Shown here piece after piece: positions 6,900-17,427 of a DNA stretch of 64,000 bases. The position numbers were made by a program, and so were the translations under genes. The first letter of the stretch is position 1. Each line of letters begins with the position of its first letter. The notes under the pieces are model-generated. The model made no database searches, had not been told where the DNA came from, and saw nothing but the letters and a program-made list of their open reading frames with translations. The stretch is from Penicillus capitatus (taxonomy: Eukaryota; Plantae; Chlorophyta), in NCBI GenBank assembly GCA_965649825.1, contig OZ287705.1, positions 954,314-1,018,313 of the forward strand, in the 5' to 3' direction.

Positions 6900-9800
6900 C
6901 AGAGGAGCCTGTTTTTCAGCAGGCGACAAATAATCAAAGAGAAAAGGGGGATGAAATCAAAAAGCTAATTCTCATAAGTCGCAATTGGACAAAAAAGGGG
7001 AAAAGGAAACAAAAAGAAGTCTCAAGTGCTGGTTGCCTCCATGTAACAGAGGAGATCAAACCGGAATTTTTTCCTTTTAAAAGAAATGGGTGGCTCATCT
7101 TTGTGGCAGGAAGGAGTATAGTTTTAGGGCCTTTTAAGAGTAGAAGAATTATCTTACCTTTTAGATTTTCCGAAGACATAGAATGGAAAGCAATTTTTGA
7201 CTGCACACAAAATAAAGGAATATTCTGTCGTTGCAAGATTTACACAAATGGGCAAATAAGCATAGTAATCTTCAACCAAACTGATGTTCCACAGCATATC
7301 ACAAGCAAAATGAAGTTGGTCTGTGGAAAGGTGAACATAGATTGGATTATCGATGTTAACGGGGTGAAGCATGCATTAAAGAACGATACGAAGAAAATAC
7401 AAATGGTGACGAGTTCAGTAGATAAGCACGACACGATGAGTTTAGTACAGAGGTTAAAAGGCATGTTCCCGAATGTTTTTTGTGACAAGGTTAGATCAGC
7501 TAATGAGAGTTTACTACGTATTAGAGTTAGCGAAAGGGATCTATTATGGAATTTTGAGCCTAAACCTTGCTGGCGAGAAAACTATTTTTCCGATTTGACC
7601 GAAAAAGAGATTACCGAAGAGATAGAGTCGTTACTTGAAGAAGAAATCATTCGAGTGTTATCCACGGAGGAAGCCATTCATGCAGTCGTGGCACCTTTGA
7701 ACTTTTTGAGAAAACCAAATGGGAAAATAAGACCGACTATTGACTTCAGAGATATCAACACATATCTAAAAGGGAGTCAGGGTGGCACAATAACCCCGGT
7801 AGCTGACGCAATTAGTAAAATCGATCCTAGTTGGACTGTTTTTAATATTGTTGACGTGGTTCATGGGTACGGTTCAATACCAATAGACGATAGTCTGTCT
7901 AAGTTTTTTGCAGTGCATTGGAAGGGGGTAACATATGGTTTCCGTAGACTTCCGCAGGGTGTTAACATAAGTCCGGAGCTCTTTAATAATAGAATGACTC
8001 ACATTCTGCAAGGACTAGACGTGATAAGATATTTTGACGATATATTAGTGGGTGGAGAAACAGTGAATGATCTCTTTGAAAAGACTAGGCTGCTATTACA
8101 GCGTTTTGATGAATATGGTCTGACGATCAACATACAAAAATGTGATTGGTTCAAGAGCTCCGTGAGTTTTTTGGGTACAGAACTGAATAATGGCACCATC
8201 AACCCATACCACAAGCTGCAAGCCATTTTACAGAAGTTGCCAAGTATAGAATCACGCCATGACGTTCAAAGAGCAGTGGGGCTGTGTCAACAAGTCGCAC
8301 CATATTGCTACAAATACACATATGTCATGAATGAGCTGAAGCCGTTTCTTAAAAGAGAAAATAATGATTACAAACAAGCGAATAAGATTTTTCAAGAGAC
8401 AGTAACCGATTTGTGTATCAATGCATACAGATTGACACTACAGAGGGTGGGTCCGTTTCATTTGTACACCGATTGGTGTGGAAACCCTTTGAATCAGTTT
8501 GGCTTTGTCCTGTTTAATTCAGCTTTGCAGCCATGTGTTTTTGGTTCGTTTGCTACAAGCGAGAAGGTAGGAAGTTTTTTGGGGGAATTGATGGGGATCG
8601 TGGAAGCTTTAAAGCAATGTTTTTACATGACAAAGGGATTTGCTGTTACCGTATATTCGGATAACCAGGCCACAGTAGAGTGGCTGAAGGAGCCGACATT
8701 TTTGCACAAGTTCAAGGATTTAAGGATACAACGACAATACAGTTGGCTGAGGCATCATTTTTCACTAGACAGACTGAATTTCCGTTTCGTAGAAGGGAAG
8801 GACAATGCGATCGCAGATGTACTCAGTCGATGGAAGGTGGCTAATCCAGTGGCCTCGGAAATCAACCAAAAACACCAGGGCTACCAAGTTTGTACCCTCG
8901 GGGTACAACAAGAAACACAAAGTTGGCGCAGGGAAGCGATTGCTCGAGCACACAAGGGCCACTTTGGAATTAGAAAGACGTGGTTGAATTTGAGATCGGA
9001 TGGGTTCAGGTGGGAAAATGATTACGAAGACGTCAAAAGTTTTGTTCGGACTTGTGATGTTTGCCAGCAATTTAGACAATTGCAACACAACGTAGATTTA
9101 GGGATGATAGATAGTCCAACACCGAACCATACCTTGTGTTTAGATTTCATCGGTCCGTTACCTAGAGGACGGCATGGTTATCGTTTTATTGCAACCGGTA
9201 TAGATGCATTTACCAAGTTTGGCACGGCGCAAGCATCTAAAACGTGTTCTACTACTCAGATTATAAAGCTGCTGAAGAACTGGATTGCATTGAATGGCCC
9301 ACCGGAACGTATTCTGTGTGACAATGGAGCAGCATTCATCTCAAAAGAGTTTGAGAGTTTCTGTGAGCGATACGGCGTTGACATCATTCACACACCGGCG
9401 TATGCACATAAAAGCGCCGGCACAATTGAAGCGTACAACAAGAACTTCGTCAATCGTCTAAAGAGAATTTGGAAAGAGAAAAGAGGAGACTGGACCGAAC
9501 ACATCAACGAATGTGTGCAAGAAATAAATCGAACAGTGCATTGCACTACTCTTTTCTGTCCAAGATATCTCCTTAAAGGAATTCACAGAAGTGGCAGACT
9601 GGCAAATGATGGGCAATTAGCAAAAGATCGGAAACTGGCTTACGAGAGAATCAAAAAAGCACACGAGCAGTCTGCGAAGAGATATGCAAAGAACGTCAAA
9701 GATGTTCCTATTCACGAGGGCATGGAAGTATGTTGGTACAACTCCAAATTAGCCGATCGCTTAGACTCTAAGCTCTATTCGAAGTGGGTTTCTCCCTGTG

Positions 9801-9925
9801 TTTTGACAAAGAAACGTAGTGAACATCGTTGGGATATCAAACTGCCTGACGGGTCTTACCTCTATAACGTACATCGAGATTTTCTTCAACCATTTCGGCG
9901 AAAGATAGGTGGGCCCATGTTCTGA
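6896..9925 (+). CDS. pol: Pol: dUTPase-like domain, reverse transcriptase, RNase H, integrase
   Basis: RT IRPTIDFRDIN, LPQG and YFDD (8030-8041); RNase H LYTDW...GELMG...VYSDN...NAIADVLSR; integrase H-H-C-C plus D(9143), D(9320), 35 residues, E(9428). The track's GTG start at 7103 is internal. Confidence 0.95.
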   Translation: MTEEPVFQQATNNQREKGDEIKKLILISRNWTKKGKRKQKEVSSAGCLHVTEEIKPEFFPFKRNGWLIFVAGRSIVLGPFKSRRIILPFRFSEDIEWKAIFDCTQNKGIFCRCKIYTNGQISIVIFNQTDVPQHITSKMKLVCGKVNIDWIIDVNGVKHALKNDTKKIQMVTSSVDKHDTMSLVQRLKGMFPNVFCDKVRSANESLLRIRVSERDLLWNFEPKPCWRENYFSDLTEKEITEEIESLLEEEIIRVLSTEEAIHAVVAPLNFLRKPNGKIRPTIDFRDINTYLKGSQGGTITPVADAISKIDPSWTVFNIVDVVHGYGSIPIDDSLSKFFAVHWKGVTYGFRRLPQGVNISPELFNNRMTHILQGLDVIRYFDDILVGGETVNDLFEKTRLLLQRFDEYGLTINIQKCDWFKSSVSFLGTELNNGTINPYHKLQAILQKLPSIESRHDVQRAVGLCQQVAPYCYKYTYVMNELKPFLKRENNDYKQANKIFQETVTDLCINAYRLTLQRVGPFHLYTDWCGNPLNQFGFVLFNSALQPCVFGSFATSEKVGSFLGELMGIVEALKQCFYMTKGFAVTVYSDNQATVEWLKEPTFLHKFKDLRIQRQYSWLRHHFSLDRLNFRFVEGKDNAIADVLSRWKVANPVASEINQKHQGYQVCTLGVQQETQSWRREAIARAHKGHFGIRKTWLNLRSDGFRWENDYEDVKSFVRTCDVCQQFRQLQHNVDLGMIDSPTPNHTLCLDFIGPLPRGRHGYRFIATGIDAFTKFGTAQASKTCSTTQIIKLLKNWIALNGPPERILCDNGAAFISKEFESFCERYGVDIIHTPAYAHKSAGTIEAYNKNFVNRLKRIWKEKRGDWTEHINECVQEINRTVHCTTLFCPRYLLKGIHRSGRLANDGQLAKDRKLAYERIKKAHEQSAKRYAKNVKDVPIHEGMEVCWYNSKLADRLDSKLYSKWVSPCVLTKKRSEHRWDIKLPDGSYLYNVHRDFLQPFRRKIGGPMF
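9900..9913 (+). promoter_or_regulatory. Candidate polypurine tract
   Basis: GAAAGATAGGTGGG lies 4 nt upstream of the 3' LTR; purine-rich but interrupted by two T residues. Confidence 0.45.
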
Positions 9926-10073
9926 TGGAATACGATGAGAATAATCTAGAAAAATGAACATTAAAACGGACGCGCTGGATCACAGGATTGTAACTGCGAT
10001 CTGTACGTTTCACAAACAAACAGCCTACCGCGAACGCGCATTCCTTTACCCTTTCGAGCGAATTCTCACAGCA
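9918..10073 (+). repeat. 3' LTR (156 bp)
   Basis: Identical to the 5' LTR and followed by TSD ACGT. Confidence 0.98.
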
Positions 10074-10075
10074 AC

Positions 10076-11033
10076 GTTCAAAGGGAATGTACTGCACAGT
10101 GAAACTGAGTCTCGGGCCTCGTTTTGCCGAGGCGGTGGGAGTCTTCAGTTCAACATTGAAAGAATGGACTCCTGGTCTTTTCAGCTGATAAAGATCGATT
10201 TCGGTAGAACCCAAGAAATCGTCTGCATTGAAGGCATTGGCAAGGTTCCAGATGAAGTTTCCATTGTGGTTGTCACTGTCATACATGCGAACCGTCATCT
10301 TTGGAGCAGCATCCGCTCTCAGTTGCCGTTTGCTAAGAAAGACACAATAAGGCGAAGCCGAGTGGCGATTTGGTACCGGAGGAGGAGGTAATGCGTCGAG
10401 TTCCAAACCGGATGTGTCGAGTTCTGGATAACTTCGCTCTTTACACTAGAGACGCCGGATGCGAAGGACACGTAGGCATCGCTCGAATTACGCCAACCAT
10501 ACTAGACAGCAAAAAGTTAGAGGGAATCGCGTGCTGTCGACGTTACGTCGGAGTCGGTGACGTTCTTCGCTTCTTTCAAGTATATCCTCAAAGCACCGTC
10601 AACAACATGGTCGGCAGTTTCACTACAGCACGCATCCATTTGTATGGCGTGCTGTTTGGGGCATCGTAGTCGCTTACTAGTTAAGGTGTTGGATCGTTGG
10701 CCCGTGCACTGTGTCTTCTTTATGTCCAATATCCGCATTTGGGTCGTCGTACGCACCGAATGCGTATTGAACGATGTTGCACATGGTGACCATAACTTCG
10801 GTCCGCAGGGGGTACTTCAGCTCCGCTGGGTCATAGTTCGGAAACAGACGCTTGAATCCATCGCGCACATTTTGCGACATCTCTGCGCCGTCGTCCATCA
10901 TGGTCTGAGAGCCCATTCCGTTGTCGTCCATCATGGTCTGAGAGCCCATTCCGTTGTCTCCCATCATGGTCTGAGAGCCCATTCCGTTGTCTCCCATCAT
11001 GGTCTGAGAGCCCATTCCGTTGTCGCCCATCAT
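10076..11033 (-). CDS. HIL1-like C2-domain class 3 lipase, copy 1, 5' portion
   Basis: IVQYAFGAYDDP...IQHLN[Y, split by an intron]ETADHVVDGALRIYLKEAKNV...SDAYVSF...HPVWNSTHYL...DDFLGSTEIDL...FTVQYIPFE. Joins 2449-3573 in frame once the element and the 52-nt intron are removed. Start codon uncertain. Confidence 0.85.
10890..11033 (-). repeat. 33-bp coding tandem repeat, about 4.4 copies (SQTMM[G/D]DNGMG)
   Basis: Plus-strand unit GTC(GT/TC)CCATCATGGTCTGAGAGCCCATTCCGTT starting at 10890, 10923, 10956 and 10989, with a partial copy at 11022. Confidence 0.95.
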
Positions 11034-12326
11034 CGTTTGGCTTTTTTTCTGATGGAGAGAGCAAAGTATGCGTGCCGTCGACTGGAAACAAAGTAAAGTA
11101 AACTTGGCTGCTGAAGTAAGAACGTACACAAACAGAAAGCACGAAGAAAGAAGAGAGTGGTGCGTTTTTATAGGCGGAGAACACGATTTTGCGACAGCAC
11201 GGACAGTCAGCCTGAGGAGGAGAATGAACCATCATACGGTTCAATCGAGGCCACCAATTAGGGGGAGGTTCTGTGACGCAAATAGCGACGGCATGCTGCC
11301 TGCCGAGAAGCGATGGGCTAGGTGCCGCGAAAAACTAGACTCGTTCAAGTTTCGCAGCAGGATATATCATGCACAGGATGTGCCGTCAGCTCGATGTGCC
11401 GTCAGGATCTGAAGTATAAACAAGAATATTGGAGTACGATGAAGTACTAGACACTCGCAGTAGGGCCGGGCGGATAAAGAAAGCTTGCTGTCGAAGTGCT
11501 GGAGTGTTCCGTGAGCTCACCTGTTGAGAGATTTGCAGAATGGGGACCTAGAATTGTTGCCGAGCTGGCGGCTGCCCGCATCGTCTTGATAACGAGGGCA
11601 CGTACAGCCGCCGGCGGCCGCTGCTGCCAGGAATCTGAGTGAGGATTAAAACGTACTGCTCGGTTTGCTTAGTTCCTTTGCCGAGTTTTCGAGAACGAAT
11701 GGATGGTATCCTTCGAAGGGACTTACCGTTCAGAGGGTTGGCAGACTGCATGCAGCTGCAATGTTGCGATGCACCACACCGTGTCTCGGCATTTCTCTGG
11801 CTGGCATGGAGTGAGAGCATTTAGATGCCGATTGCTGTCTGTTGCGTTTCGTGCTGTGAGGAGACTGACTTTCTTGAAAGCTGCCACGTTACAAAAACAC
11901 TGGCATTAAGATAATGTTTGTGTTCGATTTTCCCTGTAGAACTTTCACAGCGCCAATACGTTCAAACATGATGCACGACATACATAACGTTTCCTTGACA
12001 GAGACATAACGTTTTTTCTTGGACAAATAAAAAAGTTTGTGGGTAACCCAGCCATTCGAGGACCATCTGTTCTGATTCCAAATCGGCAGCAATAACTGGC
12101 ACCCAGCGCATTTTCTCCCTAGGAATGTGTAGATTGTAAGAAGCAAGACATACGCATGTGGCTGAACATAATGCAGAAGACAAGAATAAAAGGAAAGACC
12201 TCAATGGACTAGAAATAAATAGAGAAATCTTAGTCTGCCAGTAGGTACTTAGTCGAAGGAATAACGATAATTCAGGGGCAGATGGGAGAAGGATTATAAC
12301 TTATACAACGAATCAGAGAAGAGCTT

Positions 12327-14333
12327 CATTCACTAGGCGTAAAGAACTTTTTGATAGCAGCCCGGACAATAGATTTGTAATTCGGCATTCGATGCTTTTC
12401 GGCCATTTCATCAAGTCGGCTTCCATAGGTCTCCAGTACCTCTGCGAAACTTCCTGGATCGTGGTCATCTTCAATCTTAATCTACACCAATGGAATTTAG
12501 ATCGGAAGGCGTGACTGAGGATTGACCTCTCGACTTTTGGAAAAGTTGCCAATTCCGAGTTCTTCCAACGGCTTTCCTTCGACAAAGACTTCGCCAGATG
12601 GATGGATAAGCACTTCTTTTGCGGTATGGACGAATCCCATTGGCAAGAAATGAACGACATCGTCCTTGTCGACCACTCGAAATGTGTCTGTGATAGTTTC
12701 ATTATAGACTTTGGCAAAACGGGCATTGCCGACGCGTGGTGCACCGAAACTCATCATACCGATCACTGGCACCTCATTGTTGGCGTTTCTAGGCGAGAAG
12801 CTCTATGACTCAACACAAGGCAATTCGATCTTACCTTCGACTGGCAAATTCAAAAGCTCCAAGTGTTGCCAGTGCTCCTCCGAGAGAATGGCCTCCAAAA
12901 CAGATGCTCCACTCACTGCTCCAACCCGTAATGTCGTAAACGAGCTCAAGAATGGCCTCCCTTATGGACATGTAGGCCTTCAAGAAGCCGCCGTGTACAC
13001 GAATGGCATCATCCAAGAGGTTGTCTGTCGGACGGAGTATGCAGTCTTCTTTGGAGATATCGTCCAAGTGCCGTTTAATCACTGTCAAATCGATCAGCAC
13101 ATCCTTTTTTCTGGACCGCTCTGTGCCGCGAAAGGCAACGACCAAGACCTTGGACGCGAGATTTCCGTAAATCCATGCCTATGAGTTACACATGAGCGCC
13201 CCATCGCCTGTGTTCGGCGAACCTGACTATCTGTCGAAGGTGCATCGATGAATGTAATGGGCACCAACGACAAGCTTCCCAGCTCGACGAGCCAGGGAAG
13301 ATCTGCAAAATCTGGAATCGGTTCGCGGTTTAACTCTGTTTTCTTATCCCATTCGCCACTCTCTGGAGAGACATCGTTGTCGATGCAGGCATCTACCACA
13401 CAGACACCAGTGAAGGACGGACTCTCCTTCTTCCTTTTCCTGTGTCCATACCTTTGAAGGACATGTATTCGACGGTGAAGTGCACAGTCGTGCGGAGATT
13501 GGAGAACCAGCCGCTTTTGCCCATCTGCATGTGGAAGGAATGTACGCCTGGTTTCTTGAGCTCTTCCATATTGAGGATGCCCGAACCCAGCAGATCATCT
13601 GGATTCAAGTATCTTCGCAATCCATCGAGCCACTGCGGTCCACATTTGTCACTATCAAACAACGACACATGCATCATTCCATCAACTTCATTCTCTCTCA
13701 GATGCTTCTTCCTGCAACGTGTGACACCTCGTTTGATGTGACCTTTAGCCGGAGCCATACCTGAGTGCTAGATAATGGGTAGAATTCCAGACGGGGTTCT
13801 TTGTGTTTTGCACCGCGCTGCTCCAAACCATGGTGGAGCCGACAGAGAACGTGACGTAGGGATCACTCAAATCCCACCAGCCCAAAATCTACACCCCAAC
13901 AGCGTTTCACTCTTTTCTGCAGTTTATCAATGCAGCATCTCACATCGCTTCTGGCTACATTGCTCGCTTTCTCCAACTGAATTTTAAAGCAACCGTCGAA
14001 TGCTTCCTCACCCATTTCGCTTGAAAGACAAAGAAAGGTTCCGTCAGAAAAGAAGATTCGTCGCGAAGCTACTTACTAGTTGAGATATTGAACTTTGTTT
14101 CCTTTTGTTGTTCCATTGGTGAAGCCTTTCACTGTTGGATTCTTGTACGCTGCGAGCGCGCACTCGAAGATTTTTGTGGCGGCAGCGACAATCGCTGTTT
14201 GAACAGGGTCCGTAGCGGAGGCATGCACTTTGGGAATGAGGCGACTGAATCCTTCAACGTATCGTTCTCCGTTCGAGTTAGAACGGTCCATTCTGTTACA
14301 TTCGGCAAAAGTCATCGTCGCCGTGGATGTCAT
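12327..14333 (-). CDS. HIL1-like C2-domain class 3 lipase, copy 2 (tandem paralog)
   Basis: IFECALAAY, SDPYVTF...NPVWNSTHYL, DDLLGSG, VAFRGTE, VHGGF, GGHSLGGALA, SFGAPRVGN and EKHRMPNY; intron positions match copy 1. Confidence 0.9.
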
Positions 14334-17300
14334 GGCACTGTACCTTTCTTCAGGAGGAACACGAGACGTGTTTCGATAGCTGTGCGCGAGAGGGTGTCTT
14401 GTTTGGGTCGTTGTTTGTGTCCGAAAGTAAATGAATTGTCGACAGCACTGTCAATGTCGTTGCGTTCGTAAAGATGCCGATCCGCTACTGTTCAGGAGGG
14501 TACAGCATGGAAGGTACCGGTCCATTGCGAACTGCTGCCTGAACTTGGCACTTTTCGACTGTTCACCCTGCACGGGTCCTAACGTTCGAACGTCCTTCTC
14601 TTAAAAAAGCGTCCTAGGCATCTATGCCTGAGCTGTTCTAATGGCACTTCTTAGGCGTCGGCGGTTGGATGACAGAGCGTCTTTGATAGGCGACGGAAAT
14701 GCATTTTGTTGACTTGTGGAAACGTCTTTCGATGGCTGTGCTATAGGACTCGACTAGCAAATTGAGCGTCGTCGACTCGGAGTTTCTGTCGAAGGGATTT
14801 CGACTCGCTTAAGTGCATTCGTCACTTTCAACGACGAAAATTCACATGTAGTTTGCAAACTCGAAGACTAAGATAGTAGGCGTCTGATATAGTATATCGT
14901 AAGTCAGACCTCCTAAAAGAGTGACCGGTTAAACACTTGGATCATGCCTCGTCCCACATGACTAAACCAAAAAATGAGAGATGCTCTCTACTCTGATGGA
15001 GTTATACGCCTTCAAGAAACCAGTGCACGAATCTCTTTCTATTCAGAAAAACCTGATGTCGAAGACATAACGTATTCGTCCGTCATCGAGTCTGATATCC
15101 AAATCTTGCTCAGCGAGGACCTAGTTGATCACGACGTCTTCTCTTTTCGGCCTCCGTGTTACGAAAGGAGAACAGAGGTGTCTTGGAAACCAGAACCGAA
15201 ACCGCGTCTGGTTCTGTGTGTTTGCAAGAGCAATGGAATCCAGTTTCCCAACTCTTGATCCTGGAGCGGTCATCGAAGGTGGATCTGGATTCGAGTGGGA
15301 TCCAATTATGTTCTCGTTTTCTGATAGAATGCTCGTTTCGATCAGGCAAAGCAAAACAGTAGGATACGACCGACCACCTCTGCTCTCCTCCGTTCCGCCA
15401 GTGGCTCGCTCGTCTCTGAACGGAATGTCCTCGACAGCGAATCAGACAATCGTGGGCTGCGCAAAACGCCATTCCAGTGCCCGTGCATACTCCATTCGAA
15501 CAAAAGCGTGCGGTTTCTCCGTTCCTCCATATCATGAGCGTCAGGATCCAAAGGGTGATCTCCATTCATGAGGTCAAGGCTTTATTCCAGGAAAGCATTT
15601 TTCGATCGATCGCGATCAATGAATAACACGTGCACCAGTTCTTTCGTCGACACCTTTATTGTATGCTTTTCCTGTCACGATAACTGCACCACTTCGTCTA
15701 TTGTCAGATGTATATAACTTCCTGCCTAGCAACGAATTTATATACATGTACCTCCTCCAAACTGCAGTCGTGGCATTGCCGACAACGGTGCGCGTCGCTC
15801 AAGACATACTATTGGAAAACGATATACCAATTCTCTCTTCGGAAAACAAGTGCCTACGATGCACAAAGCGCGATCAAAACGTGCCCCACTCGTGTTCCTA
15901 CCTTACATCTGAGACCATCATGCGATGTACTTCTTTCAGCTGGATCTTCAGACTCAGAGATGAGTGAGTGCGTCGTTCGCCAAGTCACTGAACACATTTC
16001 GAACATGGACTTGGTATGGCTGTCTATCTGTAGACACGATAGGAGCATACTCGTTTAGGTAATGGATCTTCTCTCTTTTCACCACGCTTCTTCTATCCCT
16101 CGGCTCCTCAGTCTCTCTGCCTCAATGGTGGACTCAGCGATGTGACAACGACCTCTATACATATCAGATGCCTGAAACAAGAAGGATTCATGTTGGATAG
16201 GGATGACAGATGCATTGTGTTTTAAATAATCCCATCGAAGCAACATCCAGTTGAGATGACAAACAAACGCCTTGTTGTGTGATTCTGTACCTTTGATTTT
16301 GATTCCATCGGGCTATTCTGCAGCGAATTGTATGGTGCTTGTCGTTGAGAAGAGCATCGCTGCCTCACCATTGTTACCTTACGCATCAAATCGAACCAGA
16401 TTCAGGAAGAACGCAGTACGGTTGAGAAAACCAAATGATAACGCCTCCTGAACAGAAAGAGGAAACCGTTGGATGGACGGCGCGTCAGGCAGCTCACTCG
16501 AGAGTGCGTGTTCGATGAATTCTGATCCTTGTTGAGCGCATGCATGCATACATACATACAGACATGCACTAAGCAAGATGCAGTCTAGAAGAAGAAACAG
16601 TAACAATTGAATTTCTCCCAGCCAACAATGGAGACTACAGGGATAATCGCGGGCTTCTTAACTGTATTGATGACTGTTTAGCACTTTATCTTGTGGAAAT
16701 AGGAAAGCTCGTTATGCAGCGGAAACTGACAGTGAAAAGAGAGAAGTCAAAAAGCGGTGTCTATGGCGTCATGTGTGTTGCATTACAATTGTCCCCCGTC
16801 CCAAATCGTTATTGTGGATAAATCGAAAAGAGCAGAAATTGCTCCACATGCGAGCATAAGCATGACATCATAGAAAAGGACATACGAACCCACCCGATCT
16901 GTTTGAATGAAACACAGAAAACTTGCCATCTCTTTTGGAAAGAAAACAACAAAATGCACAGAGGGCACTTGGCAGCAAGTTGAGAAAGAGAGCCTTTCGC
17001 TTCAGAATAACGAAATAGAGAAGCGTCGAGTGAAAGAAGGGATTGGAGATGAAACAAACTATGCACGGCAGATCCATTGCCATTGCAAGAATTGAATTTG
17101 GTCTACGCAGAAAAACCCTACATCGCTACTTGGATGGATGAAATATCACAATCCTGAAGAATCGTGTTCCTTATTGCGCGAGGCCAGGACCGTTATTTCT
17201 TTCTAGAACAAAAAGGAGTGGACAACTGGCCCGCCCGCCCCCCGAAGCTCAGACTCTGCTTATTCCGTCAACTTGCACCCGCTCAAATAAAATCCGACTC

Positions 17301-17427
17301 CTTCTTGTACAGGATAGATAGATAATCGTGAACCAGAAGAATTCTGGGCCCGAGAGAGCAACAAGAACAACAATCAAGTGAGTGACCGTGTGAGTGAATA
17401 CGAGATCAAACAATAAAGTAATTTGCA

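Larger units (their letters stand above)
3628..10073 (+). mobile_element. Full-length Ty3/Gypsy (Metaviridae-type) LTR retrotransposon
   Basis: Two identical 156-bp TG...CA LTRs, 4-bp TSD ACGT (3624-3627 and 10074-10077), TGG-starting PBS, and domain order Gag-PR then RT-RNaseH-IN. Confidence 0.98.

Noticed and set aside
10890-11033. 33-bp repeats considered as a CRISPR-like array
   Set aside because: Head-to-tail with no spacers, in-frame coding, eukaryotic context, no cas genes.
11250-12320. One-kilobase gap between lipase copies 2 and 1 with short ORFs
   Set aside because: No repeats, termini or motifs found; compatible with UTRs and a promoter.
10677-14078. Apparent premature stops after L-N in the lipases (10677, 14076, also 39982), suggesting pseudogenes or stop-codon reassignment
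   Set aside because: Each is TA followed by the G of a GT intron donor; in copy 1 splicing gives TAT and restores the frame, and the same junction recurs in the paralogs. Gln is encoded by CAA/CAG and long ORFs end at normal stops, so no alternative code is needed.
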